A stretch of 64,000 nucleotides of DNA from Candidatus Avispirillum sp. (GTDB lineage Bacteria > Bacillota > Clostridia > Oscillospirales > CAG-272). The notes below the pieces were generated by a model. That model did no database searches and was not told where the DNA came from. It saw nothing but the letters and a program-made list of their open reading frames with translations. The stretch covers positions 112,004-176,003 of the forward strand of contig JAZLKW010000062.1 of NCBI GenBank assembly GCA_045597805.1, in the 5' to 3' direction. A program made the position numbers and the translations under genes. Position 1 is the stretch's first letter. The number at the start of each line of letters is the position of its first letter. This document shows, one piece after another, positions 43,684 through 53,600 of the stretch.

Positions 43684-43851
43684 TAGAAAATTACAGTTTT
43701 TGCAAAAAAATACAGAAAACGGACTTATATCGCAAAATATCCGTCATTGTGTCGGCACCGGTCATTCGTTTCGGAAATGCTTTTCGGGATTATTCTGATA
43801 CAATTGATCCTGCAGGGGCGGCCACAGGCCGCCCCTGCCATACTGTACCAG

Positions 43852-43888
43852 ATAAAAATACGGGGCCGTTGTAAGTGCAACAGCCCCG
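43852..43888 (-). terminator. Terminator after xylAB
   Basis: On the minus strand, CGGGGCTGTTG...CAACGGCCCCG hairpin followed by TATTTTTA. Confidence 0.7.
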
Positions 43889-43892
43889 CAGG

Positions 43893-45362
43893 TCATTTAT
43901 TCATGTTATAAAAACACTCTTTGAGCGCAGGGTAGAATGTCTTGAAGATCTGATACTTTTTCTCGTATTTCGCGGTGAGGGTGGGGTTGGGCGTAACGGT
44001 TTCCTTTACCTTCACGATGTCCTTTGCCGCCGCTTTGACGCTGTCCCACTTTCCGTCGGCAACAGCCGCAAGGATCGCGCCGCCCATGGAGGGTCCCTCC
44101 TCGACGGCGGGAACTTCAAGTGTGAGGTCCAGTACATTCGCGAGGATTTTCAGCCACGTTTTATTCTTCGCGCCGCCGCCGCAGACCTTGGATCTTTCGA
44201 TCTTCAGCCCTAATTTGCGGGCGACCTCAAGAGAATCCCGCAGTCCGAACGCCACGCCCTCAAGAACTGACTGATACATATCGGTTTTCGTGGTATCGGG
44301 GGTCATTCCGATGAATGCACCACGGGCGTTCACATCGTTTAAGGGTGAGCGCTCGCCCATGAGGTAGGGAAGAAAATACACTCTGTTTTCGCCGAGCTTT
44401 TCATCCATCCCCTCTCCAACGCCGCTGTAATCCTTTGTTCCGAGGATCTTTTCTATCCACCATCCGCAGCAGGATGCCGCCGACAGCATACAGCCCATAA
44501 GGTGATAGCCGCCGTCCGCATGGTCAAAGGAATGAAGAGAGTTGAAGCTGTCAACTCTGAACTTTTCGCCGGATACAAACAGGGTGCCGGAGGTACCGAG
44601 GGAGATATTGCATCCGCCCTCTCCCACGATTCCGCATCCCACAGCCGCGGCGGCGTTATCCCCCGCGCCTGCGGCGAAAATCACATTGTCAAGCCCTAAC
44701 TTTTCGCAGTATTCGGCTTTCAGAGTTCCCACCCTTTCGGCGGATTCGCAAAGCCGCGGAAGCTGTTCCCCGGAAATGGAGCAGATCTCACACATCTCCT
44801 GTGACCATTTCCTGTTTTCAACGTCCAGAAGGAGCATACCGGAAGCATCGGACACGTCCGTGACGAACTCGCCCGTCAGCATATAGACGAGGTAGTCCTT
44901 GGGGAGCATTATCTTCTTTATCTTTGCGAAGATCTCCGACTCGTTGTTTTTTACCCACAGTATTTTCGGTGCGGTAAATCCCGCGAACGCGATGTTGGCG
45001 GTATATTCCGACAGCTTATCCTTTCCGATGACAGTATTTAAATATTCGGTTTCTTTTTCCGTTCTGCCGTCGTTCCAGAGGATAGCGGGGCGAAGGACCT
45101 TATCGTTTTCATCGAGGATGACAAGGCCGTGCATCTGTCCGCCCACGCCGATACCGCGAACGCTCTTTCTGTCAACGTCAGAAAGAAGTTCTTCCATGCC
45201 GTCAAGAGTACCCGAAAGCCAGTCTTCGGGATTCTGCTGTGACCAGCCGTTTCTCGGGTATTCTACGGGATAAGAGCGGGACGCGGTTTTTATGACCTCT
45301 CCTCCGTCCCCCATAAGGAGAAGTTTTACGGATGAGGTACCTAAATCAATTCCTATGTACAT
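43893..45362 (-). CDS. xylB: Xylulokinase
   Basis: MYIGIDLGTSSVK start and FGGY-kinase blocks. ATG 45362 is preferred over the tracked TTG at 45371. It begins 1 nt after the xylA stop. Confidence 0.9.
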   Translation of the reverse strand: MYIGIDLGTSSVKLLLMGDGGEVIKTASRSYPVEYPRNGWSQQNPEDWLSGTLDGMEELLSDVDRKSVRGIGVGGQMHGLVILDENDKVLRPAILWNDGRTEKETEYLNTVIGKDKLSEYTANIAFAGFTAPKILWVKNNESEIFAKIKKIMLPKDYLVYMLTGEFVTDVSDASGMLLLDVENRKWSQEMCEICSISGEQLPRLCESAERVGTLKAEYCEKLGLDNVIFAAGAGDNAAAAVGCGIVGEGGCNISLGTSGTLFVSGEKFRVDSFNSLHSFDHADGGYHLMGCMLSAASCCGWWIEKILGTKDYSGVGEGMDEKLGENRVYFLPYLMGERSPLNDVNARGAFIGMTPDTTKTDMYQSVLEGVAFGLRDSLEVARKLGLKIERSKVCGGGAKNKTWLKILANVLDLTLEVPAVEEGPSMGGAILAAVADGKWDSVKAAAKDIVKVKETVTPNPTLTAKYEKKYQIFKTFYPALKECFYNMNK

Positions 45363-45363
45363 A

Positions 45364-46680
45364 TCAGTCAAACAGGATTTCGTTTACTATGCTCTCGAGA
45401 TATTCCTGTCTGCCGGAGGCGGGATTCTCGGGCTTTTTCAGTTCTGCGGCCCTGTCGGCAAGCTCCTTGAGTGTGGTTTTTCCCTCTCTTATCTTTTTGC
45501 CGATGCCCTCTTCATAGCTTGAATATCTGTCTTTTACGAACGCGTCTATTCTGCCGTCCTCTATGATCTGCGCCGCTTTTATGAGGCCCAGAGCAAAGGT
45601 ATCCATGCCGAGAATATAGCTGTAGAACATATCCTCGGGGGTATTGCTGGGACGGCGGCATTTTGCGTCGAAGTTGAATCCTCCGGTAAGTCCGCCTGCT
45701 TTCAGAACCTCGTACATGGCCATGGTGGTTTCGTACACGTTGAAGGGGAATTCGTCCGTGTCCCAGCCGAGAAGATAATCTCCCTGGTTGGCGTCGATGG
45801 ATCCCAGCATCCCGTTCATGGCGGAGATGCGGAGGTCGTGCTGGAAGGTATGACCCGCGAGGGTCGCGTGGTTTGCCTCTATATTCATTTTGAAATCTTT
45901 ATCAAGACCGTACTGACGAAGGAAGCCTATCGCCGTTGCGGCGTCGAAATCGTACTGGTGCTTCATGGGTTCCTTGGGCTTGGGCTCGATATAGAAATCT
46001 CCTGTAAATCCGATGGAACGTCCGTATTCGACCGCCATTTTCATGAGAGCGGCGATGTTCTCCTGCTCGAATTTCACATCGGTATTGAGGAGAGTTTCAT
46101 AACCCTCGCGTCCGCCCCAGAAGACATAGCCGCTTCCGCCCAGCTTGACTGTGATATCAAGTGCTTTCTTGATCTGTGCCGCCGCGAAGCAGTAAACGTC
46201 CGCCGAATTGGCAGAGCCCGCGCCGTTCATGAAGCGGGGATTATTGAACATATTGGCGGTGCCCCACAGGCACTTTATGTTCGTACCCTTTGTCTTTTCA
46301 AGGATATAGTCGGAGATCTCGTCAAGGCGGGCATTGGTCTCGTTTATGTCGTCAGCCTCGGGGACAAGGTCCACGTCATGGAAGCAGTAATACTCTATCC
46401 CCAGCTTTTTCATGAACTCGATGCCGGCGTCCACCTTTGCTCTTGAGTGCTCCATCGTACCGGGAGCAGCACCGAAGGACTTATCGGCGGTACCCACGCC
46501 GAACATATCGGCTCCGTTTGCGCCGAGATTATGCCACCATGCCATGGCGAAGGGCAGATGTTCTTTCATCTTTTTGCCCATGATGACCCGCTCGGGGTCG
46601 TAATATCTGAAGGAAAGCGGCTCCTTCGTGCCTTTTCCCCCGTATTTTATCTCAGGTATATTCTTAAAAAACTCGCTCAT
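45364..46680 (-). CDS. xylA: Xylose isomerase
   Basis: Motifs [15 protein letters not shown] and EPKPKEP. AAAGGA SD. Confidence 0.95.
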   Translation of the reverse strand: MSEFFKNIPEIKYGGKGTKEPLSFRYYDPERVIMGKKMKEHLPFAMAWWHNLGANGADMFGVGTADKSFGAAPGTMEHSRAKVDAGIEFMKKLGIEYYCFHDVDLVPEADDINETNARLDEISDYILEKTKGTNIKCLWGTANMFNNPRFMNGAGSANSADVYCFAAAQIKKALDITVKLGGSGYVFWGGREGYETLLNTDVKFEQENIAALMKMAVEYGRSIGFTGDFYIEPKPKEPMKHQYDFDAATAIGFLRQYGLDKDFKMNIEANHATLAGHTFQHDLRISAMNGMLGSIDANQGDYLLGWDTDEFPFNVYETTMAMYEVLKAGGLTGGFNFDAKCRRPSNTPEDMFYSYILGMDTFALGLIKAAQIIEDGRIDAFVKDRYSSYEEGIGKKIREGKTTLKELADRAAELKKPENPASGRQEYLESIVNEILFD

Positions 46681-46815
46681 GTTTTTATCCTTTCGTTTTT
46701 AGGATTTACTTCTGTGGTAATTCTACCACATTCTCTCCCTCTCTTCAAGTATCGGTATTGATTTTTTGGCAGAAATAATGTATGATTAAATCAGAAAATT
46801 CTGCGGAGGTTTTTG

Positions 46816-49029
46816 ATGAAAAAACTCATTTCGATAATTCTGCTTTGCTCGCTGCTGGCAGGTCTTTTCGTATTACCCGCAAATGCTTCGTCCACCGTCG
46901 GTGCCATCACGGGCGAGACATCCCGTACCACAGAGCCGATAAAGCTCCCGAACGGTAATAATTCCGGAGTCGATTTCACCACGGTGAACTTTACCGGACA
47001 TTACGGCACCAACAAGGTGCTCCATGTTGCCGAAGCCGATCTTTCCGACACACATCTGTCGGTGGACGTTTTCAACTGCGGCACCTATATCGTTTCAAAG
47101 CAGAAGGTGGCGACAGCCGCGCAGAACCTTTCCGTAAACGGCAAAACGGTGCTCGCCGCCGTCAACGGAGACCTTTGGATGACAAGCTCCTACGGCAACG
47201 GTACATCTACCCTTGCGGTCTCACGCGGTCCTCTCATGATAGACCGTGAGATATGGGCGACCCAGGAAATAGTTCAGGAGGCGAACATCGGCGGCCTCAA
47301 AGACGCTTTCGCCATAACCTCAACAAATCAGCCTCTGGTGGGATCTCCCGATTTCAAGATCACCATGCGCAACACAACAAGGAACATCACCGTTGCCGCA
47401 GACGGTCTCAACAGACTGCCCGGCAACAACGCCATCGTGCTTTACAACAGACGCGTCAATTCCTCCAACTACGCTCTCTCGGATTCATACGAGATAGAGC
47501 TTGAATCCGCATCCCCTGTATTTACGATCTCCGGCACCGTGACCGCCAGTGTAAAAGCCATTTATCAGTCCGGGTCCTCGACACGCCCCGGCATCGGTGC
47601 GAACACGATTCTCATTACCGCACGCGGCACGAGAAAGGGTGAGGTCGAGAGCTTCAGAGTGGGTGACACCGTCACCTTCTCCGCGTCCGTTACGGACAGC
47701 CACGGAAACACCGATCTGTGGCAGGATGCCGTTGACGTCATCGGCGGACACATGATGCCCCGCTTTGAGGGCGGCGATTGGGGAAACAACACCGACACCT
47801 CGGAATACCCCACCACGTTTATCGGTATCGGAAATACCGGAAAGGTCATGCTTTCCACTATCAGCGCCTCCTCCAACGGAGCATACAAGGGTCTCCGCTT
47901 CTATCAGGCGAAGGAGTTCTGCCGGCAGATGGGCTACAACAGCGTATTCTATCTTGACGGCGGCGGCTCCGCCACCATGGTGACGCTGAAAAACGGCACC
48001 TACACTGTGCGCAACTGCACCTCCGACGGCTCTCCCCGCTCCGTTATCAACGGCGTAGCCATCACTTGGAACCAGACGCCGGTCTGCCAGAGTCAGGGCT
48101 CTCTTGATTACATAATCAGCAAAGCTTCTCTGCCGGATAAATCTCCCGCCTTTATCGACGGCGCGCTTCTGCCCTACGTGCTTAACGGCAGAAACGACGT
48201 TTCCGTACGGAACATCCCGGGGACGGCTGATGCCGCGGTGACTGCATCGAAGGCGACCGCAGACGCTTTCTTCTGTGTGGATTATTCATGCTTCACCCGT
48301 GTTGAGGCATCGAATTACAAATATGTTGTGGTAAAAGCAAAAGCCGACCCGCGGCTTTCGGGTACGTGCAACTTAGGACTCTTTTACAGCACGGGAAGCG
48401 ACGGCGGATTTGCCCCGGCAAGGTATATGAGCCAAGACTTCGTCATGAACAATGACTGGCAGTACATCACCTTCAGAATGGCGTCTGCCGCCTCATGGAC
48501 GGGCACTCTCAACGGGTTGAGAATAGACCTTTACGACGCCTCCGGCGTGCCTCTGGGGTACACCAGCGAGATCGGATACGTGGCGCTGTGCCGCGATCTG
48601 ACTGAAGTCAGGAACGTAAAGGACGGGATCCCGCCCGCAGGCTCCATCGGCTATTATCCCTGTTATCTGGGACAGCATATAAGAGTGAGCACTCCCGCCG
48701 CAGCTCCAACCTGCACCGAGGCGGGACGCACCTCGGGCAGCGTCTGCTCTCTTTGCGGTACTGTGTTCTCACAGAGCGCTGTGATACCCGCTTTCGGGCA
48801 CACTTACGTTAACGGCGTCTGCACCAGATGCGGTGACGCAGATCCCGAATACGTTACCGTAATACCCGGTGACGCGGACGGAGATGGAAAGATCACCGTA
48901 AAGGACGTAAACCTTATGAAGCAGATGGTGCTCGGAAGCGCCGATCCGACACTGTCGGCAGACGTCAACGGAGACGGAAAGGTCACCGTTACGGACGTCA
49001 ATGCTCTCAAGGCAATGGTCGCGTCATAA
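46816..49029 (+). CDS. Secreted phosphodiester glycosidase (DUF2233/NAGPA-like) protein with Cys-rich module and C-terminal dockerin
   Basis: Signal peptide. YLDGGGSATM motif. C-terminal dockerin repeats GDADGDGKITVKDVNLMKQMV and DVNGDGKVTVTDVNALKAMV. ATG 46816 lies 6 nt after GGAGG. Confidence 0.7.
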   Translation: MKKLISIILLCSLLAGLFVLPANASSTVGAITGETSRTTEPIKLPNGNNSGVDFTTVNFTGHYGTNKVLHVAEADLSDTHLSVDVFNCGTYIVSKQKVATAAQNLSVNGKTVLAAVNGDLWMTSSYGNGTSTLAVSRGPLMIDREIWATQEIVQEANIGGLKDAFAITSTNQPLVGSPDFKITMRNTTRNITVAADGLNRLPGNNAIVLYNRRVNSSNYALSDSYEIELESASPVFTISGTVTASVKAIYQSGSSTRPGIGANTILITARGTRKGEVESFRVGDTVTFSASVTDSHGNTDLWQDAVDVIGGHMMPRFEGGDWGNNTDTSEYPTTFIGIGNTGKVMLSTISASSNGAYKGLRFYQAKEFCRQMGYNSVFYLDGGGSATMVTLKNGTYTVRNCTSDGSPRSVINGVAITWNQTPVCQSQGSLDYIISKASLPDKSPAFIDGALLPYVLNGRNDVSVRNIPGTADAAVTASKATADAFFCVDYSCFTRVEASNYKYVVVKAKADPRLSGTCNLGLFYSTGSDGGFAPARYMSQDFVMNNDWQYITFRMASAASWTGTLNGLRIDLYDASGVPLGYTSEIGYVALCRDLTEVRNVKDGIPPAGSIGYYPCYLGQHIRVSTPAAAPTCTEAGRTSGSVCSLCGTVFSQSAVIPAFGHTYVNGVCTRCGDADPEYVTVIPGDADGDGKITVKDVNLMKQMVLGSADPTLSADVNGDGKVTVTDVNALKAMVAS

Positions 49030-49039
49030 TAATAAAGGA

Positions 49040-49072
49040 ACGGCAGATGCTCAAAAGCATCTGCCGTTTTTT
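49040..49072. terminator. Bidirectional terminator
   Basis: 12-bp stem ACGGCAGATGCT/AGCATCTGCCGT followed by TTTTTT. Confidence 0.8.
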
Positions 49073-49073
49073 A

Positions 49074-50303
49074 TTATATTGCGAAATTTCCGTTTTCGAA
49101 GATTTTTACTTCCCTGCCGCCGCGGGTGGTGCCTATGATGGAAAGGTCCCGGGTACCCACCATGAAATCCGTATGTGTACAGCTTTCGGCATTGATGCCC
49201 GCTTCGAGCAGTTCCTCCGCCGTAAGGTCGTCGCCGCCGCGTATGGATGCGGAATACGCCTGACCAAAGGCGAAATGGCAGGAAGCATTTTCGTCGAACA
49301 GGGTCTCGTAGAAGAGTATGCCCGTATCAGATATGGGTGAGTCATAGGGGACAAGTGCGATCTCGCCCAGATAGTGAGCGCCATCATCCGTACCGACCGC
49401 GCCGCGGAGGATGTCCTCGCAGGTGTCGGCATGAGCTTCAACTATCCTGCCGTCGCGGAAGGTGAACCTTATTCCCTCTATGATATTTCCGTTATAGGCG
49501 AGGGGCATGGAAGCACAGAGCGTTCCGTTGACTCCCGTTTTCAGCGGTGCGCAGAAGACCTCCTCCGTTGGCATATTGGCAACGAAACGGCGTCCTGACT
49601 TCAGTGTATCGCCGCCGCCCAGCCACATATGATTCTCCGGCATTTCAACATAAAGATCCGTGCCGATGGAATTGGTATAGTGCAGATATCTGAGGTCGAG
49701 GTCGTTGAGCTTTTTGCAGATGGTCTCGAGACTGTCACAGTGCTTTTCCCATCTTTCGGCAGCTTCGCCGCTGCCGTCGATGCGGACAGCCGCAAAAATC
49801 GCGTCCCAGAGCTTTTCTACGGCGTTTTCCGCGTCGGGGAATACTTTTACCGCCCAGCTCTCTGTCGGTGCTGCAGCGACGCACCAGGGGAAACCGTTTG
49901 ACGTTTCCAGATCGAAGAACTCTTTCAGGTCGCGCCCGCGTGCCGTCTCCCATCTGCGCAGTCTGTCGGGATCAACGCCTTTCAGGCATTCGGGGTCATC
50001 GCCGCAGATGAAAACGTACGCCGCGCCCTCTTTTGCCAGCATATTTCTCTTGTCCGCGTCCCAGGGATAGACCTTATCGAACAGGTTTCCGTCGGCGTAA
50101 AGCCAATGGGCACGGCTGACGGTATCGTCCCGCCAGTCCATTATCACGTCGGCGGCACCGAGGGAGAACGCCTTATCGGCGATCAGCCTCGCAAAATCCG
50201 CTCTCTCCACGGGACAGGACACCATAAGTTTCTGCCCTTTCTGCAGAGCCACGCCCACCTCAACGATAAGGTCGGCATATTCTTTTATTCTCTTATTGTT
50301 CAT
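49074..50303 (-). CDS. Aminopeptidase, M29 (AmpS/PepS-like) family
   Basis: About 409 aa. The start is moved to ATG 50303 (MNNKRIKEYADLIVEVGV), after GAGAGG. Family-like blocks PTEEVF and HFAFGQAY. Confidence 0.7.
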   Translation of the reverse strand: MNNKRIKEYADLIVEVGVALQKGQKLMVSCPVERADFARLIADKAFSLGAADVIMDWRDDTVSRAHWLYADGNLFDKVYPWDADKRNMLAKEGAAYVFICGDDPECLKGVDPDRLRRWETARGRDLKEFFDLETSNGFPWCVAAAPTESWAVKVFPDAENAVEKLWDAIFAAVRIDGSGEAAERWEKHCDSLETICKKLNDLDLRYLHYTNSIGTDLYVEMPENHMWLGGGDTLKSGRRFVANMPTEEVFCAPLKTGVNGTLCASMPLAYNGNIIEGIRFTFRDGRIVEAHADTCEDILRGAVGTDDGAHYLGEIALVPYDSPISDTGILFYETLFDENASCHFAFGQAYSASIRGGDDLTAEELLEAGINAESCTHTDFMVGTRDLSIIGTTRGGREVKIFENGNFAI

Positions 50304-50315
50304 TTTTACCTCTCG

Positions 50316-50359
50316 AAAAAACTCGCTCAAAGCTATGGTCTGCTTTGGGCGAGCTTTTT
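50316..50359. terminator. Terminator after the SPFH gene (hairpin flanked by A- and T-runs)
   Basis: On the minus strand, GCTCGCCCAAAGC-N8-GCTTTGAGCGAG followed by TTTTTT. Confidence 0.65.
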
Positions 50360-50371
50360 ATGTATTATTCT

Positions 50372-51628
50372 TTATTCGGGTTTTTTCTCACCACAGTTTG
50401 TGCAGAAGTTACCGGAGTTCTCGGTGCCGCAGGAGCACTTCCATGTTTCGGGCTTCTTGGCGCCGCAGTTTGTGCAGAAGTTTCCGGAGTTTTCAGCACC
50501 GCACGAGCACTTCCAGCTTTCGGGTTTCTTTGCGCCGCACTCGGTGCAGAACTTGCCGGAATTATCCGCGCCGCAGGCGGGACACTTCCATGTATCTGCG
50601 GGAGCTGCCGCCGCTTTCTGCTCTGCCGCCGCGTTGAAGAGGCCCTGTACGGTGGAGCCGCCGGCGTTTACCGCCATACCCATGCCCATGAAGCCGCCGA
50701 CCGCGCCGTTTGTGTTATTGGCAGCGTCTACCATAGCCTCGGTCTGTGACGTAGTGAATGCACCCGCCGCCATACCGGCGTTGGAATACATAGCGCTCTG
50801 CTGAGCCTTTTTGATGATCTTCTGGTCCTCTTCGGGGAGAGTCAGCGTTGCAAATGCGACGTTTACTACCTCGATACCGCGGAGCTCCGCCCACTTTTCG
50901 GAAAGCGCCTTATTGAGTGCCGCTTCCATCTCTGTGGTGCGGGTCATGAGCTGGTTGGGTCTGATCTCAAGGTTGGAGAGGTCGCCGAAAGCGGGCTGAA
51001 GCGCGCTTACGAACTCGGTCTTCAGCTGGCCGTCGATCTCTTCTCTGGTATAGTCATGCTCCACGTTGCCGCACACGTTTGCGTAGAACAGCATGGGGTT
51101 GGTGATCTTATAGGAATATATGCCTGCGCATCTCAGGGATACGTCGATGTCGAGGCCGATTTTCGAATCCACTACTCTGAAGGGCACGGGATTGGGAGTG
51201 CCGAACTTATTGTCAAGGATCTCTTTTGTATTGAAATAATAGACTCTCTGATCCTTTCCGGGGTCGCCGCCGAAGGTGAATCTCTTGCCGAGCTCCTTGA
51301 AGGTCTCCTTGAGGCTGTCGCCGAGCTTGCCCGTGAAAATGCTGGGCTCGAGATCGGTCTTATAGGTAAACTCGCCGGGCTCTGCACAGAACTCGACTAT
51401 CTTGCCCTGCTCCACTATCATCATGCACTGGCCGTCTGCCACTGCGATGACGGAGCCGTCGGAAATTACGTTATCGTTGCCCTTTGTATTGGAAGATCTG
51501 CCTGAGATCTTCTTCTGTCCCTTTACTGCGAGAACGTCCTTGGGAAGCGCGTCACAGTAGAAAAATTCCTTCCACTGGTCTGCCAGTACTCCGCCGAGAG
51601 CGCCCAGACCTGCCTGAATAAGTCCCAT
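50372..51628 (-). CDS. SPFH/Band-7-domain protein (YdjI / virion-core-protein-like, COG4260-type) with three C-terminal zinc-ribbon repeats
   Basis: The N-terminus MGLIQAGLGALGGVLADQWKEFF is typical of the family. The C-terminus has three WKC(x)CG-x-NSG-x-FC-x-x-CG units. AAGGAG SD. Confidence 0.7.
   Translation of the reverse strand: MGLIQAGLGALGGVLADQWKEFFYCDALPKDVLAVKGQKKISGRSSNTKGNDNVISDGSVIAVADGQCMMIVEQGKIVEFCAEPGEFTYKTDLEPSIFTGKLGDSLKETFKELGKRFTFGGDPGKDQRVYYFNTKEILDNKFGTPNPVPFRVVDSKIGLDIDVSLRCAGIYSYKITNPMLFYANVCGNVEHDYTREEIDGQLKTEFVSALQPAFGDLSNLEIRPNQLMTRTTEMEAALNKALSEKWAELRGIEVVNVAFATLTLPEEDQKIIKKAQQSAMYSNAGMAAGAFTTSQTEAMVDAANNTNGAVGGFMGMGMAVNAGGSTVQGLFNAAAEQKAAAAPADTWKCPACGADNSGKFCTECGAKKPESWKCSCGAENSGNFCTNCGAKKPETWKCSCGTENSGNFCTNCGEKKPE
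50375..50590 (-). repeat. 3 x ~69-75-bp in-frame tandem repeat encoding zinc-ribbon units
   Basis: Nucleotide-level repetition of TTTGTGCAGAAGTT(A/T)CCGGAGTT...GCACTTCCA. Confidence 0.85.
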
Positions 51629-51715
51629 CTTGTTTCTCCTTTGTATTTGATTTATTAAATTATACTATTTTCACTGCCGTTAATCAACAGTTTTCGCAAA
51701 TTTTTACTTTTAGTA

Positions 51716-51744
51716 TTGACGTTCAGATGAACTTGCGTTATAAT
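51716..51744 (+). promoter_or_regulatory. Sigma-70-type promoter for 51775..52338
   Basis: TTGACG, 17-nt spacer, TATAAT. Confidence 0.65.
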
Positions 51745-51774
51745 CTTTATAACACAAATCACGAGGTGAATATC

Positions 51775-52338
51775 ATGACCGAAAAAGTTATCCCCGGGAC
51801 CGTCCTCCCCTATTCCGACAGCGGCGACAGTATGTTTTCGTTCTTTCGCCCCATGATAAAAGCCACCGACGGGCTTTCTCTCGGGCAGGTATGCGCCATC
51901 ACCGGCCTTGAGGTATCCACTATACAGAACTGGGTAAAACGCGGCTTCGTGGCACACCCTGTAAAGAAGAAATACTACGAGCGCCACTTTGCCCGCATCC
52001 TTCTCATCACCGCTCTGCGCGACTCCATGAGAATAGAGCAGATAGGCGAGCTTATGACCGCCGTCAACGGCGACACGGAGGACGTCTCCGACGACATCAT
52101 CTCCGAGCCTGAGCTGTACGACTGTCTGTGCAGGTGCGTGCGGGAACTGAATATGTTCGGTGCAGGTGAGGATGAGGTCCTCAGCACCGTGGAAAAGGTA
52201 ATAAAGGAATATTCCGGCGCGGACAGCGCCGTCATCGATCGTCTTTCCCTGGCGCTTACCGTTATGGTGACCGCCTATATCTCCACCAGGATGAAGAAGG
52301 AATCGGAGGTATATTTCGCAAAGCTCCGCTCACTCTGA
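51775..52338 (+). CDS. DUF1836-like (MerR-like HTH) DNA-binding protein
   Basis: The block LEVSTIQNWVKRGFVAHPVKKKYYERHFARILLITALR matches the DUF1836 pattern as I remember it. ATG 51775 follows GAGGTG. Confidence 0.55.
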   Translation: MTEKVIPGTVLPYSDSGDSMFSFFRPMIKATDGLSLGQVCAITGLEVSTIQNWVKRGFVAHPVKKKYYERHFARILLITALRDSMRIEQIGELMTAVNGDTEDVSDDIISEPELYDCLCRCVRELNMFGAGEDEVLSTVEKVIKEYSGADSAVIDRLSLALTVMVTAYISTRMKKESEVYFAKLRSL

Positions 52339-53595
52339 CTTTTTCTTTCGCACGCCGAAAACTCTGTGAGCCTTCGTCTCTCCGGTCTCTGTCGAGATCA
52401 TTCTGTAATGCACCAGCAGGGTATCGCCCTTTACCGTTATGTACGAATACGCGGTACAGCACCATACCATGGGCAGCATATCAAATAAATATTTCCCGTA
52501 TTCCGGGGTACATGCCTCGTCGATGCCTCTGTCTTGATTGCCTGCGCAGCCCGGCAGAAAGTTGACGGGGCCTTTTGGATTTACGAATATATGTGCGTCT
52601 GTGCCGTCCACCGTTTCTGTGACAAAGGGGCAATCGCTCTGTACTTCGTTTTCACCCGTTATGGGGTATGAGGCGGAATACACGTGGTCGTGTCCGGATA
52701 GGATCAGGTCGACACCTTCTTTTGCGAAAAGCTCTGCCCCATTCTTTCGAAGTCTCAAAGCAAGGTCGTTTCTATCCGGTCTGCATCCGTATTTTCCGGG
52801 AGAGAACAGGGGGTTATGGCAGATCACGATCTTCCATTTTTTGTCGGTGGAGGAAAGGTCGTCCAAAAGCCAGCGCAGCTGGGCTGTGGGCTCACCGTCC
52901 TCTGTATACTCCACCGGTTCTCCGTAATTCATTACGATGAAATGGACGTCGCCTATATCGCAGGAGTAGTATACTCCGTACGTTGTATCCTGAGGGGTCA
53001 GGTCGAGAGTGAAATGCTTTTCGAAGGTATTATGATACCCCTCAAGATAGCACTCCCAGCAATCGTGGTTGCCCGCAGACGGCACCATGGGGTACGCAGT
53101 CATAAAATCGCGGTTCGTATCGAGCATTTTCTGCCACATATCGCGCATACCGGACATATGGACCATATCGCCGCCGTGGACTAACAGATCGCACTCCGGG
53201 TATCTTTTCCGTGCGTCCTCGAAAGCTTTATGCCAGAAGGTACCGTGATTCACCACGTCCTGTGTATCCGCCATATAGTAAAACCCGAGGTCGCCTTTAT
53301 CTCCGAGCGTTTTGAAGGAGAAGGTCTCGGAGAACTCTCCCGTCTCGCTGTCGCCAACGCGCCAGAGATACCGGGAGTCTTTTATTGTTTCCATGACGGC
53401 AGAATTTTTCACGGTTCCCGTGCTCTCCGAGGTATGGGCGGTGACGGTCACGGCTCTCTCAAAGCCCGGGTCGTCTGCGTCCGTATACTGAAGGACGGGA
53501 CTGCCCGTCCCGTCGGTCTGCCATGCGGCGCCGTATCTGTCCGCCGCTTTGTTATAGACGGAAAGCGTTATCGCCTCCGGCGTGAATTTTCCCAT
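52330..53595 (-). CDS. Calcineurin-like metallophosphoesterase (purple-acid-phosphatase-like)
   Basis: Motifs GDMVH, GNHD and GHDHVY. Its 3' end overlaps the convergent gene by 9 nt. Confidence 0.75.
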   Translation of the reverse strand: MGKFTPEAITLSVYNKAADRYGAAWQTDGTGSPVLQYTDADDPGFERAVTVTAHTSESTGTVKNSAVMETIKDSRYLWRVGDSETGEFSETFSFKTLGDKGDLGFYYMADTQDVVNHGTFWHKAFEDARKRYPECDLLVHGGDMVHMSGMRDMWQKMLDTNRDFMTAYPMVPSAGNHDCWECYLEGYHNTFEKHFTLDLTPQDTTYGVYYSCDIGDVHFIVMNYGEPVEYTEDGEPTAQLRWLLDDLSSTDKKWKIVICHNPLFSPGKYGCRPDRNDLALRLRKNGAELFAKEGVDLILSGHDHVYSASYPITGENEVQSDCPFVTETVDGTDAHIFVNPKGPVNFLPGCAGNQDRGIDEACTPEYGKYLFDMLPMVWCCTAYSYITVKGDTLLVHYRMISTETGETKAHRVFGVRKKKSE

Positions 53596-53600
53596 TAACT

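Noticed and set aside
43811-43840. Strong 11-bp GC hairpin (GCAGGGGCGGC-CACAG-GCCGCCCCTGC) in the xylB-downstream gap.
   Set aside because: It has no U-tract on either strand and no repeat partner in the window. It cannot be assigned as a terminator or a REP from this sequence alone.
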